IMG/VR virus record: IMGVR_UViG_3300032277_000043
Coordinates: 1-33,374 of that record
Strand: one strand, 5' to 3'
DNA length: 33,374 nucleotides
Source: a virus
Lineage: Duplodnaviria > Caudoviricetes
The notes under the pieces were generated by a model. The model saw nothing but the letters and a program-made list of their open reading frames with translations. It did not search any database and was not told the DNA's origin. Numbering within the stretch: the first letter of the stretch is position 1; every line of letters begins with the position of its first letter. Positions 15,295 through 24,342 of the stretch are shown one piece after another. Position numbers and translations under genes: made by a program.

Positions 15295-16174
15295 ATTACC
15301 ATTTATGCCGGTCGCGACCGATGCGCTCCTGGCCGACGTTGGAGACTTACCAAATGAATTGTTTGGTGCTTATTGTCGGCTGCTGTTTCGATGGTGGCGT
15401 GAGGGCGCAAAGCCTGAAAAGAGCGGAAAACGTCTCGCCAGGTGGTCCGGTTTATCGCATAATGATTTTGAAGAATTGCTAGAATTTTTGACCGAAACTG
15501 AGGATGGATGGGTGCAAAAAAGGTTGCTCGAAACCTTCCAAAAATCAGAGTTAAAATCAAAAAAAGCACGTGAAGCGGCGCATAAGCGCTGGCATGGTGA
15601 TGGTGATGCGGACGCAGTAATTACGCAATGCGAAGGGAATGCTAACCATAACCATAACCATAACCATAACTATAAGAAAGAAAAGAAAGAGGGCGCTAAA
15701 CGCGCCTCTCGTTTGTCTAAAGATTTTCAGCTTCCGGATGATTGGAAAGAATACGCTCAAAACGGTGGGCTCTCGCTCGCTGAGATCGAAGGCCAGTTTC
15801 AGGATATGGTCGATTGGTCGATTTCATCACCTCAAGGCAAAAAGCTGGATTGGGATAGAACCTGGCAAACTTGGTGCCGCCGGCATAAGTCCTGGGGTAA
15901 TAAAATCAGATCTGACCAAAAATCAATTCAGTTCGAAATGCCTAAAAACCCAATGGCAGCTGACAAGGCCCAATCCCTGTTGAAGCGTGTTGGAAACGGG
16001 CCGTATGCTAGTTTTTTCGGGGCAAACCCGCCTAAATTAGTTGGCGAGACCTGGGTTGTAGACCCTGGAGGTTCTGCGACTAAGGCTGATATGATCCACA
16101 CCAGGTTTTCAGGGGCTCTCGATGATGTTTACGGCAAGGGATACTGGACCTGTTTTGCGGGGCGCACATCATGA
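15287..16174 (+). CDS. DUF1376/YdaU-family replication initiator
   Basis: LPFMP...LAD...GAYCRLL N-terminus; RASRLSKDF and DWDRTWQTW motifs; internal NH repeat. Confidence 0.8.
   Translation: MAELPFMPVATDALLADVGDLPNELFGAYCRLLFRWWREGAKPEKSGKRLARWSGLSHNDFEELLEFLTETEDGWVQKRLLETFQKSELKSKKAREAAHKRWHGDGDADAVITQCEGNANHNHNHNHNYKKEKKEGAKRASRLSKDFQLPDDWKEYAQNGGLSLAEIEGQFQDMVDWSISSPQGKKLDWDRTWQTWCRRHKSWGNKIRSDQKSIQFEMPKNPMAADKAQSLLKRVGNGPYASFFGANPPKLVGETWVVDPGGSATKADMIHTRFSGALDDVYGKGYWTCFAGRTS
15643..15672 (+). repeat. (TAACCA)4 tandem repeat in the initiator gene, near the likely origin
   Basis: Direct observation; encodes NHNHNHNHNY and is followed by an A-rich tract. Confidence 0.8.
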
Positions 16175-16551
16175 GGTTTAATCTCCCCTACCCGCTAAGC
16201 CTTAACAACGCCTTTGCCAATGTACCAGGTAGAGGTCGTGTAAAAACAAAGGCTTATCGAGATTGGTCTACCGAGGCGGGGTGGCGCATCAATGCAGCTA
16301 AGCGGATCAAAAAACCGCTTATTTCTGAGCTGTCGCTCCACCTTTTCGTGACGAAAAAATACCGCGGCGATCTGGATAACACGCTGAAACCGGTTCTGGA
16401 TGCTTTGGAGAAAAACGGGATCATCAAGAACGATCGGCAATTCAAGCGGATCACCGTTGAGGCTGCCGACGTTGAAAATATGATTTGTCTCGTGTCCGCG
16501 CTCAATAGCAGCGACGTGGAGGGGGTAAATTCGCCCGCCAATGATGATTAG
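16171..16551 (+). CDS. rusA: RusA-family Holliday junction resolvase
   Basis: PLSLNN, GDLDNTLKPVLDAL, IIKNDRQ motifs. Confidence 0.9.
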   Translation: MRFNLPYPLSLNNAFANVPGRGRVKTKAYRDWSTEAGWRINAAKRIKKPLISELSLHLFVTKKYRGDLDNTLKPVLDALEKNGIIKNDRQFKRITVEAADVENMICLVSALNSSDVEGVNSPANDD

Positions 16552-16553
16552 AC

Positions 16554-16593
16554 AAAAAAATGACCGCTACTAGCCTGAAACTACCAGCGGTCA
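16554..16593 (-). terminator. intrinsic terminator between convergent operons
   Basis: TGACCGCT/AGCGGTCA stem with a T7 run on the minus strand. Confidence 0.7.
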
Positions 16594-16614
16594 AATTTGG
16601 GGCCTTAGCGTTGA

Positions 16615-16791
16615 TTATGCGTGACGTGGGCAAAAGAGCTTATTTTTAGAGTGGGCCGCCCTACATCTCTCGTTAGTTGTTTTTGATGTTGCTATGCACC
16701 TAGAGCCATCCTTAAGGATTGGTTTGTGTGTGTGTTTGATTAGGGGGCGCTTGCGTCCCTTGCTGTCCGTATACGTTTTCGGGCCGGTCAT
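16615..16791 (-). CDS. 58-aa CCCH-type Zn-finger microprotein (not in ORF track)
   Basis: RCIATSKTTNERCRAAHSKNKLFCPRHA; ATGA-coupled to the upstream gene. Confidence 0.65.
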   Translation of the reverse strand: MTGPKTYTDSKGRKRPLIKHTHKPILKDGSRCIATSKTTNERCRAAHSKNKLFCPRHA

Positions 16792-17000
16792 TCTTCAAAC
16801 CCCGCCAAAATTTGCTCGTCGTGCTTCTCAGGGCAGCCCATTTCCGCACGTAACTGAGCGTCTAGGACCTGAGAGGCTATAGAGCCGCCTCGGCTTTCGC
16901 GGTGTTGTGGGCGAGCCTTAACGGGTTTATCGGGATGCTTTGCCTCGGTGTGCGCTTTGAGGTTTTTGCATTTTTTCCCACAATGAAAACACTTGCTCAC
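16788..17000 (-). CDS. C2H2-type Zn-finger small protein
   Basis: CFHCGKKCKNLKAHTEAKH. Confidence 0.7.
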   Translation of the reverse strand: MSKCFHCGKKCKNLKAHTEAKHPDKPVKARPQHRESRGGSIASQVLDAQLRAEMGCPEKHDEQILAGFEE

Positions 17001-17176
17001 TGGCTTTGCTCCCCGTCCTGGTCAAATTGGGCCATGATCTTGTTTTTGTCGCCTTGGTATTCTTCCAGGGTCACGGATTTATAGCCGCCTAGATCGTCAT
17101 TCACCACGATATGAGGTGTTGATTTTTTGCGTGATAGCCTTTGGGCTCTCTGGTAGGCGTGTCTAAATGTGGTCAT
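16997..17176 (-). CDS. 59-aa hypothetical protein (not in ORF track)
   Basis: AAGGA RBS; MTTFRHAYQRAQRLSRKK...; GTGA overlap with the next gene. Confidence 0.65.
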   Translation of the reverse strand: MTTFRHAYQRAQRLSRKKSTPHIVVNDDLGGYKSVTLEEYQGDKNKIMAQFDQDGEQSQ

Positions 17177-17200
17177 GGTTTTTCCTTTTGTTACAATGGT

Positions 17201-17290
17201 TTAGGCAAAGGCGGCGGCAAATATGATTACTACATAGATGAGGGTGAAGGTTGCTGCTAGGGCGGCTAAATCTTTGAGGGTGTCAATCAT
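17201..17290 (-). CDS. 29-aa single-TM peptide
   Basis: MIDTLKDLAALAATFTLIYVVIIFAAAFA; ATGA coupling. Confidence 0.5.
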   Translation of the reverse strand: MIDTLKDLAALAATFTLIYVVIIFAAAFA

Positions 17291-17577
17291 GCTGCGTTTT
17301 CCATCCCCATTAAAAAGGCGTAGATCATGTCGCTGGCAATGCGCTTGGTTTCATAACCCATTTGAATAGGGTTAGATTGTCCGGTGCATCCTTCGTCCAA
17401 GCTCATTCTGGCCAGCTTAACGCCGCCATAAGCCCAATCAAGAAGATAGACACCGGCGTTTGGCTTATATCGTCCGGTTTCCGGGTCTTTGCGGTATGGC
17501 TCAGCTTCCATCCCGGCGCGATCATTGATGCGGGCTACGAGGTTTTCTAGGTGTGCTTTTGTAATTCGGTTTGTCAT
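17287..17577 (-). CDS. hypothetical phage protein
   Basis: MTNRITKAHLENLVARIN...YLLDWAYGGVKL; AAGGA RBS; TTGACA upstream at 17637-17632. Confidence 0.75.
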   Translation of the reverse strand: MTNRITKAHLENLVARINDRAGMEAEPYRKDPETGRYKPNAGVYLLDWAYGGVKLARMSLDEGCTGQSNPIQMGYETKRIASDMIYAFLMGMENAA

Positions 17578-17769
17578 TGGCTTTCCTTTGTGGTTCGTCC
17601 TTGAGCTATATATGCACCTTATATCGTGCGGTGTCAACAGGTTTTATCGGGTGGGGAAAGGTTTTTGTTGGTAATTGTGCGGAAATCAGTGTTATTATTG
17701 GCTTATCGGGTTTTTAATCCTTTCCCGGTCCTGTCTGTGGTGGTTCGCAAACATGGTTTCCTTGTGTGA

Positions 17770-17806
17770 GAACCGGGTCGGGCTTACCCCCGGCTCGGTT
17801 TTTTTT
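17770..17806 (+). terminator. intrinsic terminator upstream of the late genes
   Basis: AACCGGGTCGGG/CCCGGCTCGGTT stem plus a T-run. Confidence 0.7.
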
Positions 17807-17819
17807 AGGAGGTTTAGCG

Positions 17820-17966
17820 ATGACTAGAGCAACGGCCTTTCACGATCTGGGTGTTTGTCACGCTGCCATTGGGCGGCCAGGGCTTTGTGAATTTGATTTC
17901 GAGCGCCATGCTGACTTTCAGAATTACCTGAGCGGGCGAGCTATGATTAACAGGATGATACCATGA
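17820..17966 (+). CDS. 48-aa hypothetical protein
   Basis: AGGAGG RBS; ATGA-coupled to the next gene. Confidence 0.6.
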   Translation: MTRATAFHDLGVCHAAIGRPGLCEFDFERHADFQNYLSGRAMINRMIP

Positions 17967-18319
17967 CAGCTCGCGCTAGAATTATGGAAAACGGAGACAA
18001 GGTCTCCAATGTCATGGAGCAATGTGGCTCAGCCTTACGTTTATTCCTGACAAGTGGGCAGGTTAAGCCTGTTAAACTCGATTTTAGTGATTTTATCACG
18101 ACTGGGGACACAATTACCCTTGCTGAGATCATCAAAAGCACTGTGACCACGACCACACCAGTCATCGCTACTAACGATGTTACGCTATCAGTGACCGGCC
18201 CGGCTGGGTCTGGTTATGTCGATATCAGGGCTACCCTCTCAACCGGCGAGACAATCACACAGCGCATAACTGTTCAGGAAAACAACTATCACCGCCTAAA
18301 CAACGACTATGTGCATTAA
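17963..18319 (+). CDS. beta-rich protein resembling phage fibre-tail adaptor proteins
   Basis: LDFSDFITTGDTI...ATLSTGETITQRITV pattern; resemblance judged by eye only. Confidence 0.45.
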   Translation: MTARARIMENGDKVSNVMEQCGSALRLFLTSGQVKPVKLDFSDFITTGDTITLAEIIKSTVTTTTPVIATNDVTLSVTGPAGSGYVDIRATLSTGETITQRITVQENNYHRLNNDYVH

Positions 18320-18363
18320 ACGACCAAACCCTCCGACATAGACAAACAGTAAGCCCTAATCCA

Positions 18364-18939
18364 ATGCCTCTATCACGTAAGCAAAAAGCAGAACGGCACG
18401 AGAAAGCTATAAAGCTATTAGATGCCATAGGGAAACAAGGACAGTCTCTCACAAAAGCCGCTAAGACTATTAAGATGAGGTATGCAACCGCTTGGGATAT
18501 AGTGAATAGCGAGAAATATGCGGATGGTTACGCGCGTGCTCGGGAAGAACGGGGCTGGCTGTTAGCCGAGGAAACCCTTGATATTGCTGACAATCCCGAC
18601 TTAGCCCCTGAGCATAAGCGGATCATGGTCGACAGCCGCAAGTGGTTCGCCAGCAAGCTCAACGTAAAGCTCCACGACCGTGTACAGCATGACGTTAAGA
18701 CCGATATCAGCCTACAGGTGACTAAGATCGAGCATGTTGTGATTGAAGGAAAAGCCCCAGGAGCGCCTGAATTAGTTGCAGAACAGCAACACCTGTTAGC
18801 CGATTATGCTAAACCCATGGGGGGGGAGATAGCCGATTATGCTAACGGTGTAGCAGATAATGCTAACAAATCAGAGAAAACGGCGGAAACACTAGAGCCA
18901 TCCGATGTCGAGATTATTCCCCCAGCTAAGACGGGCTAG
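18364..18939 (+). CDS. terS: terminase small subunit (Sf6-like)
   Basis: YARARE...AEETLDIAD...RIMVDSRKWFASKL; directly upstream of terL. Confidence 0.9.
   Translation: MPLSRKQKAERHEKAIKLLDAIGKQGQSLTKAAKTIKMRYATAWDIVNSEKYADGYARAREERGWLLAEETLDIADNPDLAPEHKRIMVDSRKWFASKLNVKLHDRVQHDVKTDISLQVTKIEHVVIEGKAPGAPELVAEQQHLLADYAKPMGGEIADYANGVADNANKSEKTAETLEPSDVEIIPPAKTG
18796..18866. repeat. three 17-bp quasi-palindromic repeats TAGCCGATTATGCTAA
   Basis: Copies at 18796-18812, 18829-18845 and 18850-18866. Confidence 0.85.
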
Positions 18940-18941
18940 GC

Positions 18942-20303
18942 ATGACCACACTCAGGGTAGAGACGCCTAAGGTATTCCAACCACTCCTTGCGCCAGCTCG
19001 CTATAAGGCAGCGCATGGGGGGCGTGGCTCGGGCAAGTCTCACTTCTTCGCAGAACAGCTGGTATTAACATCCATAAAAAATCAGGGGTACAGGGCCGCA
19101 TGTATTCGCGAGGTACAGCGTACCCTCGGCCAATCAGTCAAACGTCTTATAGAAGATAAAATAGAGAAATTCGGTTTAGGTCCTGCTTTTGAGGTTCAGG
19201 AGTCCCAAATTCGGACCCCGGGTGATGGTTTGATAATATTTCAGGGGATGCAGAACCATACTGCGGATAGTATAAAATCTCTTGAGGGCTTTGATTTGGC
19301 TTATGTTGAGGAGGCTCAGAGTTTATCGCAGCGATCGATGGATTTGTTGCGTCCGACCATTCGTAAGGAGGGTTCGCAGTTATGGTTTGCTTGGAACCCG
19401 CGGTTGGACACGGATGCTGTGGATGTATTTTTCCGTGGTAGGAAGCCGCCTGAGAGTGCGGTTGTTGTTGAGGCGAATTGGCAGGATAATCCATATTTGC
19501 CGAATGTGTTGCTTGAGGAGATGCGTCATGATTTTGACCGTGATCCTGAGAAGGCTGAGCATATTTGGAATGGTGGTTATGAGGTTATTACTGAGGGGTC
19601 TTATTTTGCGAGATTGTTGGTTAAGGCGGAGCGTGATGGTCGGATAGGTGATTTTCCTTATGATCCGGCTTTGCCTGTGATTACGGCTTGGGACATTGGG
19701 GTTGATGACCATACGGCGATTTGGTTTTTGCAGGAGAATGGTCGTCAGGTACGGGTTATTGATTATTATGAGGTTTCTGGTGATGGGGCTGAGCAGATTG
19801 TTTTTGATGCGATGCCTGAGAGTTTGGCTAATCGGAAAAAACGCCGCGAAGGCCTGGCGGCCTTAGAGCGTAAGGCAAGGTACCGCTTTTCGAAGCATCA
19901 CTTTCCGCATGATGTTAAGGTTAGGGAGTGGGGTGCGGGTGCGAAATCTCGGCAGCAGACGTTGCGGGAGATTGGTGTGAAGCCTATTTTTGTTGGGGTT
20001 GCGCAAAGGCCCGAAGAACGGATAAATGCGGTGCGAGCGTTGTTTCCTGTGTTGCGTTTTAACCGGGAGACGACGCACCAGGGTTTAAAGCGGCTCCGTA
20101 ACTACCGGCGCAAGTGGTCTGAGAGTATGCAGACATTTCAAGGGCCGTTGCATGATGATAATAGCCATGGGGCTGATGCGCTGGGTGAATTTGCGGTGAA
20201 TTGCTCGATTAGAGCATATGATCCGGAGCCAGAAAAGCCGAAGCGCGATCGATATGATGATGCTTTTGATGATGAGGATGAGGGTTCATGGATGACGGCG
20301 TAA
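18942..20303 (+). CDS. terL: terminase large subunit (PBSX/Terminase_3 type)
   Basis: Walker A HGGRGSGKS, Walker B YVEEAQ, nuclease AWDIG and HGADA. Confidence 0.95.
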   Translation: MTTLRVETPKVFQPLLAPARYKAAHGGRGSGKSHFFAEQLVLTSIKNQGYRAACIREVQRTLGQSVKRLIEDKIEKFGLGPAFEVQESQIRTPGDGLIIFQGMQNHTADSIKSLEGFDLAYVEEAQSLSQRSMDLLRPTIRKEGSQLWFAWNPRLDTDAVDVFFRGRKPPESAVVVEANWQDNPYLPNVLLEEMRHDFDRDPEKAEHIWNGGYEVITEGSYFARLLVKAERDGRIGDFPYDPALPVITAWDIGVDDHTAIWFLQENGRQVRVIDYYEVSGDGAEQIVFDAMPESLANRKKRREGLAALERKARYRFSKHHFPHDVKVREWGAGAKSRQQTLREIGVKPIFVGVAQRPEERINAVRALFPVLRFNRETTHQGLKRLRNYRRKWSESMQTFQGPLHDDNSHGADALGEFAVNCSIRAYDPEPEKPKRDRYDDAFDDEDEGSWMTA

Positions 20304-22153
20304 AATCAAAAGAGGCCGTTCCTGATGCCCCAGGAAATCAGAGATTTGTCCAATGGTATGAGACATTTCACCAAGGATCCGTCGATTGGCGCGAAAAATG
20401 GCTCCGAGCCCGCTGGTTTTACCACAATAAGCAATGGGATAGCGCTGAAGAAGCTATTTTAAAATCCCGTAAACAGCCGGCCAATGTCTATAACGAGATT
20501 AAACCCGTCATCGACTTCCTTGTTGGGATGGAAAAGCAACAACGCTCGGATCCGAAGGCATATCCTAGAACCCCATTACACGAAAATGATGCCTTCGCAG
20601 CTACGGACGCAATGCGCTACCTCGCCCAGCGTGAGGAATATGACCAAAAGCGCTCGGGTATGTGGTTTGATATGCTTACCGTCGGCTTTGGCGGTCTTGA
20701 GCTCGCCCCGTACCAAAAACGCAACGGCGAGATAGAGCTCGGCCTTCAGCAAAATAAATGGGATCGTATGTGGTGGGATATCCACTCTTGCGAGCCTGAT
20801 TTTTCCGATGCGCGCTACCAAGGGCTCATCCGGTGGATGGATCTTGATGAAGCTGTTTATGAATATGGCGAGGATGCCCGCGATAAGCTGGAAGCGACGA
20901 AAGGCCTCCAATATCTAGCCTCAGATGATGTTCATGAGGATAAGCCACGAAATCATAGGTGGTATGATAGTACAGAAAAACGCGTCGCCATCTGCGTTGT
21001 CTATTATCTTGAGAAGGGTAACTGGCATTTTGCAGAATTTACGGGAGGGGAAGGGGGGCTTTTAAATCACGGCCCAAGTCCGGTCCGTGACGAGGAAGGA
21101 ATTCCAATAAACCCGTATATCTGGAGCTCGGCTTATGTTGATCCGGATAATTGCCGCTTTGGCCTTGTTGAGGAGATGATCGATCGCCAGCGCGAGGTTA
21201 ATAAGCGCGGGTCCAAGTTGATCCATCACCTCTCGACTGAACGCTCATTCCACAAAAAAGGTGCCATCGCCTCTGAGAAAAGGCTAAAATCTGAACTCGC
21301 CAAGCCTGACGGCTCGATTGAGATTGCAGAGCATGCTGAATGGGGCAAGGATGTAGGTATCATCGGCACCGACGCCGAGGTGCAAGGTCACTTTGCCCTC
21401 CTGCAGGACGCAAAAGAAAGTATCCGCCGCATTGGAGCCTCATCTTCCATGCGTGGGCAAGATGGTCCGGAACGCTCCGGCGTTGCAATCCAGGCAAAAC
21501 AACAAGCAAACCTTGTCGAACTCGGCGCGCTTATGGATGGCTTGCGCTATGTCGACCGCCGCGCCTATCGGCGCATGTGGGAAGGTATTCGCCAATTCTG
21601 GACAGGCGTTAAATGGATCCGAGTAACGGATGATGAAAATAACGTCCGCTTTGCCGGCCTGAATGTCCCTGGTGAATTCGCCGATAAAATGCCAGATAAC
21701 GTCAAGCCTCTGGCCCAGCCCGTCGCTGAAATGGATGTTGATATCATCATCGAGACAGCGCCGGATATGATTACGCTGCAATCCGAGCAATTCTCACAAC
21801 TCATTGATCTGGCCGCGGCCGGCGTCACCTTTCCAGATCCAGTCTATCTGGAAGCCGCGCCGAACTTGCGCAACAAAAAACGCCTTCTCGAAATCATCGC
21901 CCAGTCAAAATCAGAGCCAACGGCAGAACAACAAGCGCAAATGGCTAAAGATCAAGTCGATATTGCCAAGAAAACAGCCGATACCCGCCGCTCAGAGATT
22001 GCCGCCATTAAAACGGAGGCTGAAATTGATCAAGTATCAGCCGATACCGGAAAAACAATTGCCGAAACCGAGCAAATCAAGGTCGAAACAGCGCTTGACT
22101 ACGCAGAGGGCGTAGCCGGGCGTGATCGCGCACCCAATGGGAGCGCTGAATAA
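20288..22153 (+). CDS. portal protein (P22-like)
   Basis: 621 aa after terL; QW...RKQP.NVYNEIKPVID, DRQREVNKR, SGVAIQAKQ motifs; C-terminal coiled coil. Confidence 0.9.
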   Translation: MDDGVKSKEAVPDAPGNQRFVQWYETFHQGSVDWREKWLRARWFYHNKQWDSAEEAILKSRKQPANVYNEIKPVIDFLVGMEKQQRSDPKAYPRTPLHENDAFAATDAMRYLAQREEYDQKRSGMWFDMLTVGFGGLELAPYQKRNGEIELGLQQNKWDRMWWDIHSCEPDFSDARYQGLIRWMDLDEAVYEYGEDARDKLEATKGLQYLASDDVHEDKPRNHRWYDSTEKRVAICVVYYLEKGNWHFAEFTGGEGGLLNHGPSPVRDEEGIPINPYIWSSAYVDPDNCRFGLVEEMIDRQREVNKRGSKLIHHLSTERSFHKKGAIASEKRLKSELAKPDGSIEIAEHAEWGKDVGIIGTDAEVQGHFALLQDAKESIRRIGASSSMRGQDGPERSGVAIQAKQQANLVELGALMDGLRYVDRRAYRRMWEGIRQFWTGVKWIRVTDDENNVRFAGLNVPGEFADKMPDNVKPLAQPVAEMDVDIIIETAPDMITLQSEQFSQLIDLAAAGVTFPDPVYLEAAPNLRNKKRLLEIIAQSKSEPTAEQQAQMAKDQVDIAKKTADTRRSEIAAIKTEAEIDQVSADTGKTIAETEQIKVETALDYAEGVAGRDRAPNGSAE

Positions 22154-22161
22154 AGAATACC

Positions 22162-22244
22162 CGTCGCCGGGGTTAACGGGCGTTTGCGTGTCGCCGACGG
22201 ATTGAATGGGCGTTTAAGTGGTGCCGACTTTTTATGAACGGGCA
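22162..22244 (+). promoter_or_regulatory. three repeated GCCG...GGGC elements in the scaffold leader
   Basis: GTCGCCGGGGTTAACGGGCG, GTCGCCGACGGATTGAATGGGCG, GGTGCCGACTTTTTATGAACGGGCA. Confidence 0.6.
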
Positions 22245-22256
22245 GAGGACTATTTT

Positions 22257-23093
22257 GTGACTAATGACCTAGACGATCTTATTGATGGAGAAGACGAAGC
22301 AACAGACGAAGCGCCAACAACGCCGGAAGTAGAAGCGACCGACAATCCGGAAACGGACGAAGCGGAAGCAGAAGCGACCAGCGAAGAAGGCGAAGAAACT
22401 AATGAAACATCGGACGATGAGGACGATGCTGATGAGGAAAATGTAACACCGGAGCCGCAAAGCGTTCCGTTGGCTGCGTTTTTAGAAAATCAGAACAAGC
22501 TGAAGGCTGAACTTGCCGCCAAGACTAAAGAGTTGGACGAGGCAAAAGCAAAACAAGCAGCAGCTCCGGATTTTAACGGTTTCTACAAGCAGGCACCCGA
22601 GAATATCCCCTCGGTTCTCGATGACGAGCAGGGTTTTCAAGCTGCACAAACGGCAGCTATGGAAGCATCTAGCTTCAATACTCGCTTTAGTATCTCTGCA
22701 AACTACGCGCAGAAAACTTACGGTGAGGAAGTTGTTGGGAATGCAATCGCTGAATTCAATGCTGCGGCTGAGGCAAACCCATTACTAAAACAGGCCCTTG
22801 ATAATTCATCGGACCCTGTTGGCGAGATTGTATCATGGTCGGAAGATAACCGCATCCGAACGTCTATCAAGGCGGCAGGCGGTATGGAAGGTTATGAAAA
22901 GGCCCTCAGGGAGAAAATCGTTAAAGAGTTGACTGAAAGCGGAAAGATCAACACCGCTGAAGACAACGATAAAGACGAGGCAACCCCTACAACACCTGTA
23001 CCGAACATGCCAGGTAATTTTAACAAAGCATCAAAGGGGGGCGGCAACAAAGCTGGCCCAATACACTCAACTCTTGATGAATTGTTGACTTAA
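22257..23093 (+). CDS. scaffolding protein
   Basis: GAGGA RBS before GTG at 22257; acidic N-terminus, SVPLAAF motif, coiled coil; lies between portal and capsid. Confidence 0.8.
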   Translation: MTNDLDDLIDGEDEATDEAPTTPEVEATDNPETDEAEAEATSEEGEETNETSDDEDDADEENVTPEPQSVPLAAFLENQNKLKAELAAKTKELDEAKAKQAAAPDFNGFYKQAPENIPSVLDDEQGFQAAQTAAMEASSFNTRFSISANYAQKTYGEEVVGNAIAEFNAAAEANPLLKQALDNSSDPVGEIVSWSEDNRIRTSIKAAGGMEGYEKALREKIVKELTESGKINTAEDNDKDEATPTTPVPNMPGNFNKASKGGGNKAGPIHSTLDELLT

Positions 23094-23142
23094 CTGGTTA
23101 ACATTAATCTTTATGCGGATTTACCGCTAGAAGGAAGTTAAC

Positions 23143-24285
23143 ATGACTAACTCAACTGCTGCTGATGGCTTAAAGGTCCAGAAGTGGGACGCAAAATTCT
23201 TTAAAGAATACATCCAGGAAAATCCTTTTAAGCCTTACATGGGCACATCGTCTAATTCCATTATTCAGATTAAGGAAGACACCGTCAAGCGCTACCAAAC
23301 AATCACGTTTGCGCTTGTCAATAAACTATCTGGCGCCGGTGTAACTGGCTCTAGCACCCTTGAGGGTAACGAAGAAGATATGACTAGCCGCTCATTCGCG
23401 GTTACTGTTGATAAGCTTCGTAACGCCGTCCGCGTTGCAGAGATGGAGGAACAAATTTCCGCCATTGATCTGCGAAAAGCGGCAAAAGAAACGCTAAAAG
23501 ACTGGGCAATGGAAATCGGTGCGCAAAACCGTATTCTAACAGCTCTTTCTGACATTAACGGCGTTGCTTATGGATCTGCTACCGCAACACAGCAAGATGC
23601 ATGGCTTGATGCTAATGCCGATCGCGTAATGTTCGGTGGTACTGCGGCGGCTGCCCCTGTTGCTCTTGCGACAGATGCTCCTGCCGGTGGTGCGACAAAT
23701 GATTTGTCTGCAACATTGACTGATCTAACTGTTGCAAATGCTGGTTGGGATACTGAAGGCGATGCGGCTGCATTCCTGTCACGTCTACGCCGTAAAGCAT
23801 TGGCGGCAAATCCAAAGGTTCGCCCTATCCGTGTTGAGGGAATGAACCAGCGCTACTTCGTTGTTTTTGTTTGCCCTAAGACGATGGCCGACATTAAGAA
23901 CGACAAGAAAATCACTGACGCACAAGTTGGCGTTGCCTTGAAGCAGCAAAACAACAAGCTATTCAAAGGTGGTGATCTTGAGTGGGATGGTATGATCATC
24001 CACGAGGTTGATAACCTCTCAACGGTTGCATGGGCAACTGCTGGCGCTGCCAGTATTCCGCTTGCTCCTGTCTATCTATGTGGCGCGCAGGCCATTGGCT
24101 TTGCTCTTGCGAAGCGCTGGCGCTCTGTCACAGAGTCTTTTGACTATAAAGACAAGAAAGGTGTTGCGATTGAGACAATCGACGCTATCGAAAAAATGAT
24201 TTTCGGTACTGGTGCAAACGACACTGACACAACTAAAGATCATGGTGTCGCTACTGGATACCATGCTCTAATTTCTACTATCTAA
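23143..24285 (+). CDS. major capsid protein (N4-gp56/DUF4043-like)
   Basis: ITFALVNKLSGAGV...LEGNEE, IDLRKAAKETLKDW, NKLFKGG...WDGMIIHE; strongly biased codons. Confidence 0.9.
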   Translation: MTNSTAADGLKVQKWDAKFFKEYIQENPFKPYMGTSSNSIIQIKEDTVKRYQTITFALVNKLSGAGVTGSSTLEGNEEDMTSRSFAVTVDKLRNAVRVAEMEEQISAIDLRKAAKETLKDWAMEIGAQNRILTALSDINGVAYGSATATQQDAWLDANADRVMFGGTAAAAPVALATDAPAGGATNDLSATLTDLTVANAGWDTEGDAAAFLSRLRRKALAANPKVRPIRVEGMNQRYFVVFVCPKTMADIKNDKKITDAQVGVALKQQNNKLFKGGDLEWDGMIIHEVDNLSTVAWATAGAASIPLAPVYLCGAQAIGFALAKRWRSVTESFDYKDKKGVAIETIDAIEKMIFGTGANDTDTTKDHGVATGYHALISTI

Positions 24286-24300
24286 GCCAGCCTGGTAATG

Positions 24301-24326
24301 GGGAGGCTGCGGCCTCCCTGTTATTT
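24301..24326 (+). terminator. terminator after the capsid gene
   Basis: GGGAGGC-TGCG-GCCTCCC followed by TGTTATTT. Confidence 0.7.
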
Positions 24327-24342
24327 CAAAGGAATTTTTTAA

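Noticed and set aside
19147-20078. Several long antisense or alternative-frame ORFs inside terL
   Set aside because: Explained by the strong G/T codon skew; no RBS and unnatural composition.
22218-22256. ORF-track upstream start extensions (also 7152, 27505, 28736, 14082, 5859)
   Set aside because: Downstream starts have better RBS or promoter context and avoid long overlaps.
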